From NCBI GenBank assembly GCA_000434395.1, contig FR878802.1, forward strand, positions 1 through 54,835: a stretch of DNA of 54,835 nt. Direction: 5' to 3'. Position numbers and translations under genes: made by a program. The notes beneath the pieces were generated by a model that was given only the letters and a program-made list of their open reading frames with translations, made no database searches and was not told the DNA's origin. Below are positions 18,541 through 28,387 of the stretch, one piece after another. Within the stretch, counting starts at the first letter, position 1; each line of letters opens with the position of its first letter. The stretch is from Clostridium sp. CAG:568. Lineage in GTDB: Bacteria > Bacillota_I > Bacilli_A > RFN20 > CAG-288.

Positions 18541-20365
18541 TTTGAGCACCTCCCACACGATTTTGAATATCGTTAATTTCTTTGTAGATAGAGCAATTTT
18601 GAACTAGATAATCATGAGTTCCCTTGTCTACAATCTTTCCGTCATCCATAACTAAAATCATATCTGCATCTTTGACTGATGAAACACGTTGAGCGATGAT
18701 AATCTTAGTAGTATCGTTCAAAGTATCTTTAAGACCCTGGCGAATCAAAGCATCAGTCTTTGTATCGACAGCCGAAGTGGAATCGTCGAGAATCAAAATC
18801 TTAGGCTTCTTTATGATTGCTCTGGCGAGACACAATCTTTGCTTTTGTCCACCTGAGACATTTGTTCCACCTTGGAGAATTTCAGAATCATATTTATCGG
18901 GGAATGATTCGACAAACGATGAAGCCTGAGCTATATCACAAGCCTTTTTTATTTCATCATCTGAAGCATCTTTATTACCCCAAAGCAAATTAGACTTTAT
19001 TGTTCCACTAAATAGAACATTTTTTTGTAAGACCATACCCACAGCATTTCTCAATGTTGTGATGTCGTAGTCTCTGACATCTACACCCCCGACTTTAACA
19101 TCGCCTTGTGATACATCATAGAATCTCGATATGAGATTTACCAAAGTCGATTTAGATGATCCTGTCGATCCTATGATTCCGACGGTTTGACCGCTCTTGA
19201 TATGTAAATCAATGTCCTTAAGTGCGAACTTCTCAGCTTCAGGTTTATACTTGAAAGAGACATTATCGAAGTCTATGCTTCCATCCTCCACTTTCATTAC
19301 AGGATTGGTAGGATTGGAAATTGTAGGCTTTTCAACTAACACTTCATATACACGACGCATAGAAGCAGTGCTCATTGAAATCATCATAAACACTGATGAA
19401 AGCATCATCAAAGAAGACAAAATCATTGCACCATATGTAATCAATGATGTTATTTGTCCGATAGTGATAGCTGTTGTAGCACTCTCTCTAACCAGCAATG
19501 TATATCCACCAAACAAGACTAAGCTCATAGAAATATACATAGCACAGTACATAGAAGGATTGGTCATTCCAATCAATCTCTCTGCTACTATTAAACCATT
19601 CCTAATATCTTCACTTGCTTTAGAAAATTTCTTGTTTTCATAATCTTCACGAACATAAGTTTTCACTACTCTTATACCACGAACATTTTCTTCAACCGAC
19701 TCATTCAATCTATCGAGCTTTTTAAAAACTTTATTGAATACAGGAATGACATTGCCGATCAACAACATTAATACAACTGCAAGAACAGGTATAGTAATGG
19801 CAAATACCCAAGCCAACTCAGGAGATTGTATGATTGCCATCACTAACGAGAATATGAACATCAATGGAGCTCTCAAAGCGATACGTATCATCAACATATA
19901 GGATAGTTGTATGTAGGTGATATCTGTCGTTTGTCTAGTCACGAGACTAGATGTAGAGAACTTATCAATATTAGCGAAAGAAAACTTTGATACTGCCGAG
20001 AACAAATCCTTGCGAAGATTTGTAGCAAATCCAACAGCAGCCTTTGCTGAGACCTTGGCAGCCGTATAACCACAGCCAAATGAGCAAAATGCCAAGGCTA
20101 TCAATCCCAAGGAATAATAACCGACTGTCGCCATTGCTTCGCCTTCAGTCATCGTCTGGTTGAGAATATACCCTTCGCTCTTCTCCATGAATGTCAACAA
20201 CATAGACATAACAAAAGGAATAACACACTCAAATACAGTTTCAAATGTAATGAACAATGCTGCTAATATTGAATCTTTCTTATACTCTCTAACGGAGCGA
20301 AGAAATACTTTGAGCATCTGTCTATAGCCGACTTTTTTCTCTTTTGGCTCTTTCTTCTTTTTCAT
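18533..20365 (-). CDS. ABC exporter, fused permease/ATPase (first subunit of a heterodimer)
   Basis: Walker A GSTGSSKST, signature VSGGQKQR, Walker B LILDDSTS. It overlaps the downstream partner by 8 nt. Confidence 0.9.
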   Translation of the reverse strand: MKKKKEPKEKKVGYRQMLKVFLRSVREYKKDSILAALFITFETVFECVIPFVMSMLLTFMEKSEGYILNQTMTEGEAMATVGYYSLGLIALAFCSFGCGYTAAKVSAKAAVGFATNLRKDLFSAVSKFSFANIDKFSTSSLVTRQTTDITYIQLSYMLMIRIALRAPLMFIFSLVMAIIQSPELAWVFAITIPVLAVVLMLLIGNVIPVFNKVFKKLDRLNESVEENVRGIRVVKTYVREDYENKKFSKASEDIRNGLIVAERLIGMTNPSMYCAMYISMSLVLFGGYTLLVRESATTAITIGQITSLITYGAMILSSLMMLSSVFMMISMSTASMRRVYEVLVEKPTISNPTNPVMKVEDGSIDFDNVSFKYKPEAEKFALKDIDLHIKSGQTVGIIGSTGSSKSTLVNLISRFYDVSQGDVKVGGVDVRDYDITTLRNAVGMVLQKNVLFSGTIKSNLLWGNKDASDDEIKKACDIAQASSFVESFPDKYDSEILQGGTNVSGGQKQRLCLARAIIKKPKILILDDSTSAVDTKTDALIRQGLKDTLNDTTKIIIAQRVSSVKDADMILVMDDGKIVDKGTHDYLVQNCSIYKEINDIQNRVGGAQNV

Positions 20366-20377
20366 ACTTACCTCCTC

Positions 20378-20429
20378 AAAAAAGTGGCCACCTTCACAAA
20401 CAAGATATCTTATTTATGGAGGTGGCCAC
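20378..20429 (-). promoter_or_regulatory. terminator-like hairpin in the 5' leader of the ABC operon (putative attenuator)
   Basis: The minus strand reads GTGGCCACCTCC-22 nt-GAAGGTGGCCAC-TTTTTT-GAGGAGG-TAAGT-ATG. The stem is 12 bp with one G-U pair, and the U-tract runs straight into the RBS. Confidence 0.55.
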
Positions 20430-20472
20430 TCAACCTTTTTTCTAGGTCTAGTTTACATTTAATCCGTTTTTA

Positions 20473-20501
20473 ATTATAAGAAAAAATTAATTTTTTTCTA
20501 A
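20473..20501 (-). promoter_or_regulatory. candidate promoter of the ABC operon
   Basis: The minus strand reads TTAGAA, 17-nt spacer, TATAAT. This implies a leader of about 100 nt. Confidence 0.4.
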
Positions 20502-20681
20502 TCATTTCTTGTGAATGCGTTTACACTTTTCAATCTTGTAAAGCACATCTAAGGGAAGCCTCAATTCAATTAGCGGTTGAAAATAAGCATTGGAATTTAT
20601 TTTTATAGAATAACAATTTTTCTTTTGAACTAGTAAGCTCTAACATATATAATTAAGAGTAATTGGTTGGAGGTTTTAAAA

Positions 20682-21656
20682 ATGGCTGAAATTATTGGAA
20701 TTGACTTAGGCACATCATCTACTAGAATCTATGTTAAAAGCAAAAAGGCTGTCATCTTCGATGAACCAACTTGTCTATCCATAGATATTAAAACAGATCA
20801 AATCGTTAACATCGGTTATTTAGCATTCAAATCTTTAGGTAGAACTCCATATGGAATAGAGGTAGAGTTTCCAATGAAAGAAGGAGTCGTTGCCGATATT
20901 CAATCCGCATACCAGCTCATCGATCAAGTCTTTCAAAATCGTGGAAAAAAGAGAATGTTGAGAGGTGCAAGTTTCTATGTATCAGCACCGAACCAAATGA
21001 CAAATGTCGAAAAGAATGCATTGATAGATGTCTTCAAAAAGATCGGAGCTAGAGAAATAATATTGCAGCCTTGTGGGAAACTAGCAGCCTTAGGGGCCGG
21101 ATATGATGTAAATTCACCTACAGGAACAATAATACTTGATATTGGAGGCGGAATTTCTGATTGTGGTGCAGTCTCCATGGGAGATATCGTAGTAGCTCAT
21201 TCAACCAAAGTCGGTGGAAAAGAATTCGACCATGTCATAGAGAGATACATTAAGAACAAGAAGAATTTAGATATCGGTCCTAGGGCTAGTGAACAAGTAA
21301 AAGCTAGAATAGCAAGCGTAAATCCAAAAGCAGAGAACCAATTCTATGAAGTATCAGGAAGAAACATATCTACAGGATTACCATCAACAGCAATCATCTC
21401 TACAGCCGAACTATATCCTCTATTAAGACAACTCATCGATCAAATAGAAGATAACGTCAAGGAAGTTATCCAAGACATTCCTTCAGAGATGGTAGGCGAT
21501 ATCGTAAAATCCGGAATTATTCTCACTGGAGGAGGAAGCCAAATAGCAGGAATGAAAGAAACACTTCAATCCGATTTAAAAATTCCTGTAAATCAAATCA
21601 AAGATCCGTCCAATGCCGTCATATTGGGATTGGCAAAAATGATAGAACAAGAATAA
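20682..21656 (+). CDS. mreB: MreB/Mbl-like actin-fold protein
   Basis: Phosphate-1 IGIDLGTSSTRIY, phosphate-2 ILDIGGGISD, adenosine motif ILTGGGSQIAGM. ATG at 20682 sits 8 nt after GGAGG. Confidence 0.8.
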   Translation: MAEIIGIDLGTSSTRIYVKSKKAVIFDEPTCLSIDIKTDQIVNIGYLAFKSLGRTPYGIEVEFPMKEGVVADIQSAYQLIDQVFQNRGKKRMLRGASFYVSAPNQMTNVEKNALIDVFKKIGAREIILQPCGKLAALGAGYDVNSPTGTIILDIGGGISDCGAVSMGDIVVAHSTKVGGKEFDHVIERYIKNKKNLDIGPRASEQVKARIASVNPKAENQFYEVSGRNISTGLPSTAIISTAELYPLLRQLIDQIEDNVKEVIQDIPSEMVGDIVKSGIILTGGGSQIAGMKETLQSDLKIPVNQIKDPSNAVILGLAKMIEQE

Positions 21657-21660
21657 TACA

Positions 21661-22374
21661 ATGACTAAGATAGGAATAGTAGAAAACGACGAAAAAGATA
21701 TGGCTCTTTTAAAGAGTGCCATAGAAGAGTATTACAGCAAAAATGGTGACAGAGATTTTAATTTGGTTTGTTTTCCAAGTGCTTTATCATTCCTCAACGA
21801 TACAGACAAGTTTGACGTGGCCTTTTTAGATATCATGATGCCACATATGGATGGGATGGAATTGGCCAAGAAAATAAGAACAACAAATAACAAAATGATA
21901 ATTGTTTTTACGACTAATCTCATCAACTTTGCTATCAAAGGTTATGAAGTCGAGGCTTTGGATTATCTAGTGAAGCCTATAAATAGGAATCATTTATTCA
22001 AGACATTGGATAAGATTTCATATATCATGAAAACTAGAGAAGATAAATTCGTAACACTCAAAAACAAAACAGCGATAAAAGTTGTTCCTGCTAACAGTAT
22101 CACATATATCGAAATACATTCCCACCTTATCTCATACCATTTCATGGATGGAACTACTTTCGATGTTTGGGGTACTTTAAAAGAAGAGATGAGCAAACTA
22201 CCCGAAAATGAATATGTCAGGATTAATTCATCAGAGATTTTGAATATGCAATTAATAAAATCTTTAAATAACAATGAAGTGTCCATAAACGGGGTGGGTA
22301 TTCTTTATATTTCTAGACTATTTAAAAAAGACGCAACTAAGAAAATCATGGAGTATTTCGGCTCTAAAATATGA
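21661..22374 (+). CDS. LytTR-family response regulator
   Basis: Receiver domain (DVAFLDIMMPHMDG) plus a C-terminal LytTR domain (ITYIEIHSHLISYHF). It starts 4 nt after the mreB-like stop. Confidence 0.9.
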   Translation: MTKIGIVENDEKDMALLKSAIEEYYSKNGDRDFNLVCFPSALSFLNDTDKFDVAFLDIMMPHMDGMELAKKIRTTNNKMIIVFTTNLINFAIKGYEVEALDYLVKPINRNHLFKTLDKISYIMKTREDKFVTLKNKTAIKVVPANSITYIEIHSHLISYHFMDGTTFDVWGTLKEEMSKLPENEYVRINSSEILNMQLIKSLNNNEVSINGVGILYISRLFKKDATKKIMEYFGSKI

Positions 22375-23705
22375 TACAGAATCTTGGGTTAGGAATCTTC
22401 GAAGAATTGAGATTCATAATAGAATTATCGCTCGGCTTATATCCTGTCTTTTTCATATATTTTCAAAAGAAAAAGAATTTCTGGTTCAAATTTATAATTC
22501 CATATATAGGGATATTAGGAACTAGTATTTCTTATTGTTTCTTTTTCCAATATATCATCAGTGTAAGCAATTGGGGATTAACAGTCTTTTTTTCATCTAC
22601 ATGGTACCTATTCTTAACATTCTTAATATTTATTCATAGCATCTATTGCTTTGAAATGAAAATCAACGATGGAATTTTATTTATCATAGGCGGATACGCA
22701 ATCCAGCATTTAGATATGATCTTAGCTAATGAAATCGTAAGATTCATTTTGTATCCAGATGTTGTAAACCATCTTTTTATTTACTTTTTGATTTGTGTTG
22801 GCTTTACTGTTCTATTCTATACACCTTATTATCTGACCATATTTTTCTTCAACAAGAGTAGAGCTTCAATTTTGGACGATAATATCAGCACAAGAATTTT
22901 GTTATTGGTTCTCATCGTAATGCTTTATGTATCAACATATTGCTTCCAGAATTTCTTTAGATCATATGGCTCATACGATATACAAGTCATCAGCGCAATT
23001 GGAGATTGTTTCACCTCCACAATGCTTATAGTCGCTATGTTCATGATAGAAAAAGCGTCTATAGATAAAAGAGAAAAGGAATTTATGAAGTTGATGTACC
23101 AAAAAGAGAAAGAAAGATACGATTCTTTCAAAGGAAACATCGACTACATGAATGTCATGCTTCACGACTTGAAATATGAGATAAAGAAATTAGCAGATGA
23201 TGGTGCAATCTCTGTAAGTTCATACGACGAAATCAAAAAGAACATCAGCGCCTATGGTGCCAATATCGATACAGGAAATGAAGTTATGAATTTAATAATG
23301 AGCGATATTACATATAGATGTCAGTCTAACAATATCGCATTTTCGCCATTAGTAGATGGTAAAGCTTTAAATTTAATCGACAAAAATGATTTATATATAG
23401 GAATGTCGAATTTATTCGACAACGCGATTTCTTATGTGAAAGAGCTTCCGAAGGATAAAAGATACATAAACTTCATAGTGAAGAAGGTAAATAATTTTAT
23501 AATAATAAAGGAAACCAATTATTTAATGAATCCAAATTTAATTGAATTCAACAAGGATGGAAGCATAAAATCAACCAAAAAAAGCGATAAACAGCATGGA
23601 TTTGGCACTAAATCCATTGTTTTATTTGCTAAGAAATATAAAGGTGATGCTTATTTTAAAGTCGAAAACAATGAATTCATAACAACCATAACCATTCCAA
23701 ATTAA
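22371..23705 (+). CDS. AgrC/LytS-like GHKL sensor histidine kinase
   Basis: About 6 N-terminal TM helices. H-box MLHDLKYE, N-box NLFDNAISY, G-box HGFGTKSI. ATGA overlap with the regulator gene. Confidence 0.85.
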   Translation: MIQNLGLGIFEELRFIIELSLGLYPVFFIYFQKKKNFWFKFIIPYIGILGTSISYCFFFQYIISVSNWGLTVFFSSTWYLFLTFLIFIHSIYCFEMKINDGILFIIGGYAIQHLDMILANEIVRFILYPDVVNHLFIYFLICVGFTVLFYTPYYLTIFFFNKSRASILDDNISTRILLLVLIVMLYVSTYCFQNFFRSYGSYDIQVISAIGDCFTSTMLIVAMFMIEKASIDKREKEFMKLMYQKEKERYDSFKGNIDYMNVMLHDLKYEIKKLADDGAISVSSYDEIKKNISAYGANIDTGNEVMNLIMSDITYRCQSNNIAFSPLVDGKALNLIDKNDLYIGMSNLFDNAISYVKELPKDKRYINFIVKKVNNFIIIKETNYLMNPNLIEFNKDGSIKSTKKSDKQHGFGTKSIVLFAKKYKGDAYFKVENNEFITTITIPN

Positions 23706-23747
23706 CTACCACTTATGTAATTAACTAGACCAAAAACGCTTTTTTGC

Positions 23748-23761
23748 TGTAAACGCTTACC
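23748..23761 (+). promoter_or_regulatory. cre-like operator upstream of the second lipoprotein-GH3 operon
   Basis: TGTAAACGCTTACC against the cre consensus TGWAANCGNTNWCA (last base mismatched). It shares the CG-N-TTACC right half with the site at 5412..5425. Confidence 0.4.
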
Positions 23762-23806
23762 AGTTCTTTGTAACCTCTAATCGCTAAGCACAATGGAGGT
23801 AACAAA

Positions 23807-24553
23807 ATGCTAAAAAGACGTGTAAAGTCGTTATTAGGATTAGCGATTCTCAGTGTGAGCATGGCATCTGCTCTGTCATCCTGTACGAGCGGTAACACCA
23901 GCAATCAAACTGAAGAAAAGGTAATTCAAACATTAAACGGATCTGGTTCGATCAATGATACGAATTATGATTTCGAATTAAGAATTTTGGAAGCTGACAA
24001 CGAATTCTACATTAAGACCTTAAACACCGAATATGAAAATATTTGGGGTGAATGGACATTCACTGAAGGAAAAGGATATATCTTGACATTCGATGATGCC
24101 TATTGGACTGAAAAGAAAGTCAAGTATAACGAGGACTCAAAAGAATTCTTCTTCACCTATGAGGTCAACCTTGGAAGTGCAGTAGGAAAAACTAAAGTCA
24201 AATTCAGTGGATTTGCTGATAACTTCACTTATGATGGAGAAGGATGGGGATTTGAGCCATTCGAATTCTCTGCTTCTAATCTCGATGTCATGGGAATGAC
24301 AACCATCGATATAACATTGACTTGTTATGAGGATTTGACATTCAAGACCCAGGCTTCTTGTCCTTTAATCGCCGTTCCAGAAAGAAACGGAACTTATTCA
24401 TTCGATGAAGCAAATAAAGTATATACATTCAAATTCTCCGACGAAGAGAATCCAACAGAAACAACATATGCTGACGGAACTTATTCATTAACATTGAAAT
24501 TAAATGTTGGAATGCCTATGCAGTTCACCATCACATATACACCAGAAGCATAA
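23807..24553 (+). CDS. lipoprotein, first gene of the second GH3 operon
   Basis: Lipobox ALSSCTS. RBS GGAGG. 248 aa. Confidence 0.8.
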   Translation: MLKRRVKSLLGLAILSVSMASALSSCTSGNTSNQTEEKVIQTLNGSGSINDTNYDFELRILEADNEFYIKTLNTEYENIWGEWTFTEGKGYILTFDDAYWTEKKVKYNEDSKEFFFTYEVNLGSAVGKTKVKFSGFADNFTYDGEGWGFEPFEFSASNLDVMGMTTIDITLTCYEDLTFKTQASCPLIAVPERNGTYSFDEANKVYTFKFSDEENPTETTYADGTYSLTLKLNVGMPMQFTITYTPEA

Positions 24554-24572
24554 TAAATAGGAGAATAGTAAA

Positions 24573-27470
24573 ATGAAAAGAAAAAGTAGAATTATATTAG
24601 CTTCTTGCTTAACAGGAATCGCTGCTGCTTTGGCTGTCGGAATCACCATTGGCAACTTCTATGCATTCAAATACGAACCTATCATCGCCTTAAACTTAGG
24701 TCAAGACACTTATAAGATTGTCAACAACGATTCAGATGAGAAAGTTGAAGATATCTATAAATCAGAATTTTCAAGCTCTAGAAAACTAGTCAGAGAAGAA
24801 AACAAATATGCTGAGACTATTCAATCCGAAGGTAGTGTCCTTCTAATGAATAAAAACTACGCACTTCCTGCTACAACTGCTAAGAACATAACTTTGTTTG
24901 GAACAACTTCAGTAGATTTCCTTTATGGTGGAAGTGGTGCTGGTAGTATTTCAACTTTAGGTACTCCAACTTTAAAGCAAGCTTTCGAAAATCTCGATTT
25001 CAAAGTAAACAGCAAAGTCTGGGATTTGTATAGCAGTGGTGCAGGATCATCCTATAGAAGAGCAGCCAATTCAAATGTTTATAAAGTTGGTGAAGCTCCT
25101 GTTTCTATTTTCACCGATGATATCAAGAGTTCATTCAACGATTACAACGATTTAGCAATCGTCGTAATCGGTAGAACCGGAATGGAAAACAGCGATTTGG
25201 CCTTAACGACAGTCGAAGATAGCTCAAAACACTCTCTCCAACTTTCACAAAACGAAATTGACACAATCAAATTAGCTAAGGATTCGGGATTTAAAAAGGT
25301 TGTAGTTCTTCTCAATACATTGAATGCAATGGAATTGAATGAACTCGACGATTTAGGTGTCGATGCCTGTCTTTGGGTTGGAGCAGGTGGACAAAAGGGT
25401 ATCAATGCAATTCCTAAGATGATAAAAGGAGACCTGGTTCCTTCTGGAAGATTGGTAGATACATATGCAGTCGATGCCTTATCAGCTCCTGCAATGAAAA
25501 ACTTTGGAGATTATACTTTCACCAACGCAACTAGCCGTAACACTAGCAAGTATTTGAATTATTCCGAAGGAATATACGTCGGATACAGATATTATGAGAC
25601 TAGATATGAAGACAAAGTCCTAAATCAAGGAAATGCTGGAGACTATGACTACAAAAAAGAGGTTCAATTCCCATTCGGATACGGATTGTCCTACACAAAC
25701 TTCGAATACAGCAATTTCAATGTGAAAGAGAATGCTGATACATTTGACTTCAGAGTTACTGTAAAGAACACTGGTGGATTAGCCTCAAAAGATGTTGTAG
25801 AAATCTATATGCAAAGCCCATATACAGACTACGACAAAACTAATAACGTCGAAAAATCAGCTATTGAATTGGTCGGATTTGAAAAGACAAATATAATCGA
25901 GCCTAATAAATCAGAAACATTGACAGTAAGTGTGAAGAAGAGCGAAATGGCAAGCTATGATTATAAAAAAGCTCAAACATACATTGTCGATAATGGAACT
26001 TATTACTTTGCTTTAGGTGACTCAGCTCATGATGCTTTGAACAACATCTTGGCTAAGAAAGGCAAAAACACCTCTGATGGAATGGATTATGATGGAAATC
26101 AATCATTTGTTTATACATATGAACAAAAAGATTTCGATAGCACAACATATGCAACATCATTGTCTGGAGGAGCAGTAAACAACAAATTATCATTTGCTGA
26201 TTTAACTAACTACGACAAGGGTGTGAAATACTTGACTCGTTCAAATTGGGTGGATTCATTCCCCAAGACTTACGAAGTTGAAGATGGATCTAGAAAAGCT
26301 CAAGCCAGCAATGAATTGCTGAATGATTTGCAAGTGCCGACAATCACTGATAATGAATCTAATTACACCATGCCAGATTTCAATTTAATAAGTGGAAATG
26401 GTGAATTATCCTTGGTCAACTTGAACGGAAGACCTTATGATGATCCTTATTGGGAAGTCTTGTTAAATCAGATGAGCAAAGAAGATATGTATAACCTTGT
26501 TCGTGTTGGAGGTTACCAGACTGGCGCAGTCGCCTCAATAGGAAAACCTGGAACAATCGATAAGGATGGATCCGCAGGTATTTCTTCGACATTGGTCGGT
26601 GGAAAAGGTGCTTTCGGATATCCTGTCGAAAGTGTCGTCTCCTCAACTTGGAACAAAGCTATCGCAAAGAGAATGGGTGAGTTGGTCGGTGAAGATGGAA
26701 TCTATACTAAGACCAGTGGATGGTACGCACCTAGTATGAACATCCATCGTAGTCAATTCTCCGGAAGAAACTTTGAATACTTCTCTGAAGATGGCTATTT
26801 GAGTGGACAATTCGGTGCTGCCATGGTAGAAGGTGCTGAATCCAAAGGATTGTACTGCTACATCAAACACTTCGCTTTCAATGATCAAGAGACAAACAGA
26901 GGTGGAGTGGCTACATTCATGAATGAACAAGCTGCAAGAGAAATTTATTTGGAGCCTTTCAAGATTACTGTCGAAGAAGCTCATCCACACGGAGTTATGG
27001 CAGCTATGAATAGAATAGGAACCAGATGGGTCGGTCATTCTAAAGAATTGATGACTGATATTCTAAGAGGTGAATGGAACTTCGAAGGAATGGTCATCAC
27101 TGATCAAGCTAGTTTCTACACAGACTATATCGGAGATGTAAGACCTACATTGTATGCTGGAGTTGATTTGATGCTCTGCACCAATTCAAGTCTTTGGAAG
27201 ATTGAAGATTATGAGACTAGCAACATGTATTGCACCTTGCTTAGAAGAGCTACAAAGAATATCCTTTATGCAGTTGCAAACAGCAATGCCATGAATGGTG
27301 TCTCAGCAAAGACAAAGATCATTCGTGTAATGCCAGATTATGAAAAATGGTTGATTGCTTTAGATTGTGTCGTAGGTGTCCTTTGTGCCGCTGGAATCAC
27401 ATGGGCTGTGTTCTTATTCAAAAAGAAAGATAAAGTCGAAAACTCAGTAGAAGAAAAAAAGGCTAACTAA
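24573..27470 (+). CDS. glycoside hydrolase family 3, domain-permuted, with N-terminal anchor and C-terminal TM (paralogue of 1272..4178)
   Basis: Same motif order as the paralogue: VLLMNKNYALPA, VPSGRLVDTYA, PFGYGLSY, then KHFAFNDQE and GMVITDQ. C-terminal helix WLIALDCVVGVLCAAGITWAVFLF. Confidence 0.9.
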   Translation: MKRKSRIILASCLTGIAAALAVGITIGNFYAFKYEPIIALNLGQDTYKIVNNDSDEKVEDIYKSEFSSSRKLVREENKYAETIQSEGSVLLMNKNYALPATTAKNITLFGTTSVDFLYGGSGAGSISTLGTPTLKQAFENLDFKVNSKVWDLYSSGAGSSYRRAANSNVYKVGEAPVSIFTDDIKSSFNDYNDLAIVVIGRTGMENSDLALTTVEDSSKHSLQLSQNEIDTIKLAKDSGFKKVVVLLNTLNAMELNELDDLGVDACLWVGAGGQKGINAIPKMIKGDLVPSGRLVDTYAVDALSAPAMKNFGDYTFTNATSRNTSKYLNYSEGIYVGYRYYETRYEDKVLNQGNAGDYDYKKEVQFPFGYGLSYTNFEYSNFNVKENADTFDFRVTVKNTGGLASKDVVEIYMQSPYTDYDKTNNVEKSAIELVGFEKTNIIEPNKSETLTVSVKKSEMASYDYKKAQTYIVDNGTYYFALGDSAHDALNNILAKKGKNTSDGMDYDGNQSFVYTYEQKDFDSTTYATSLSGGAVNNKLSFADLTNYDKGVKYLTRSNWVDSFPKTYEVEDGSRKAQASNELLNDLQVPTITDNESNYTMPDFNLISGNGELSLVNLNGRPYDDPYWEVLLNQMSKEDMYNLVRVGGYQTGAVASIGKPGTIDKDGSAGISSTLVGGKGAFGYPVESVVSSTWNKAIAKRMGELVGEDGIYTKTSGWYAPSMNIHRSQFSGRNFEYFSEDGYLSGQFGAAMVEGAESKGLYCYIKHFAFNDQETNRGGVATFMNEQAAREIYLEPFKITVEEAHPHGVMAAMNRIGTRWVGHSKELMTDILRGEWNFEGMVITDQASFYTDYIGDVRPTLYAGVDLMLCTNSSLWKIEDYETSNMYCTLLRRATKNILYAVANSNAMNGVSAKTKIIRVMPDYEKWLIALDCVVGVLCAAGITWAVFLFKKKDKVENSVEEKKAN

Positions 27471-27481
27471 TTAAAATAGAG

Positions 27482-27509
27482 AAACGGCAGCTGATAACTG
27501 CCGTTTTTT
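27482..27509 (+). terminator. intrinsic terminator of the GH3 operon
   Basis: AAACGGCAG-CTGATAA-CTGCCGTTT followed by a T run. Confidence 0.7.
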
Positions 27510-27578
27510 CTTGCCTTTTCAAGATATAAACAACTGAATGATAGAAGAGTATAATAAATATTTGTGGAGGTCATATAT

Positions 27579-28028
27579 ATGGCTGAAGAAAAGAAATCAT
27601 TATTTCAAGAAATCATGGCTTATAACATGGAGGCTTATAAGGCTCATGACCAGGAAGCAAAGGATGCTTGCGGAGCTTTGATATCTGCTGCAAGAAATGC
27701 CCAAGTCGTTTGCAAGAGTCAAAATAAGCCTTTCACAGATGCTGAAATGGGAAAGGTAGTCACTAAGACTTTGAAAGAGTTAGAAGAAGAGCTCGATGTA
27801 TACGTGAAAGGTAATCGTCCTGAAAGAGCAGAGGCAATCAAAAAACAAATCGAAGTCGTCAACAAATTCAAGCCCCAACTTATGAGCGAGGATGAAATTA
27901 GAAAAATCATCGAAGCCTTACCTGACAAATCGATAAAGTCAGTTATGAAGGAATTCAAGACAAACTATCCTGGAAAAGCTGATATGAGCATGGTCTCAAA
28001 GATAGCCATGTCATTCCAAGGCAAATAA
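27579..28028 (+). CDS. yqeY: GatB/YqeY-domain protein
   Basis: About 150-aa helical protein with the family's typical length and lysine/glutamate-rich pattern. ATG at 27579 follows GGAGG. Confidence 0.7.
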   Translation: MAEEKKSLFQEIMAYNMEAYKAHDQEAKDACGALISAARNAQVVCKSQNKPFTDAEMGKVVTKTLKELEEELDVYVKGNRPERAEAIKKQIEVVNKFKPQLMSEDEIRKIIEALPDKSIKSVMKEFKTNYPGKADMSMVSKIAMSFQGK

Positions 28029-28042
28029 CTAATCAAAGACTT

Positions 28043-28068
28043 AAACACAGCCAAAAGCTGTGTTTTTT
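28043..28068 (+). terminator. intrinsic terminator
   Basis: AAACACAGC-CAAAA-GCTGTGTTT followed by TTT. Confidence 0.7.
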
Positions 28069-28166
28069 AATAAAACCTTATCATTTTTCATCTTTTATCT
28101 TGTTTATTTCCTTAATTTGAGTTTTAATATTACGGCTTTGATAAAGCTAATTTTAAAACCCTATTT

Positions 28167-28240
28167 GGGGGAATAGTTAAATGGTATAACTACGGTCTCC
28201 AAAACCGTTGTTCTGAGTTCGATTCTTAGTTCCCCCGCCA
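28167..28240 (+). tRNA. tRNA-Trp (anticodon CCA), CCA end encoded
   Basis: Hand-folded. Acceptor GGGGGAA/TTCCCCC. Anticodon stem ACGGT/ACCGT with loop CTCCAAA. T-arm CTGAG-TTCGATT-CTTAG. Confidence 0.9.
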
Positions 28241-28254
28241 AATAGATCAATATG

Positions 28255-28283
28255 CTTGATGTTTAAACGCATCAAGTTTTTTT
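28255..28283 (+). terminator. intrinsic terminator after tRNA-Trp
   Basis: CTTGATG-8 nt-CATCAAG followed by TTTTTTT. Confidence 0.65.
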
Positions 28284-28387
28284 ATTTATAAGCACTAATT
28301 TTTACACATTCAATAATTTTTCAATGTTTTTCTTTCATTGATAGTAAAATCTAAATAAAATAACAATGTGTTATTAATGAAAGGAAA

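Noticed and set aside
20453-20458. ATG-TAA start-stop mini-ORF in the ABC leader as a ribosome sensor
   Set aside because: It has no convincing Shine-Dalgarno sequence and nothing to distinguish it from chance in AT-rich DNA. It is mentioned only as a caveat to the attenuator finding.
28167-28240. Possibility that the organism uses the Mycoplasma/Spiroplasma code (TGA = Trp)
   Set aside because: The only tRNA-Trp seen has anticodon CCA. TGA ends rlmD and addB at positions matching normal protein C-termini. All long ORFs are intact under the standard code.
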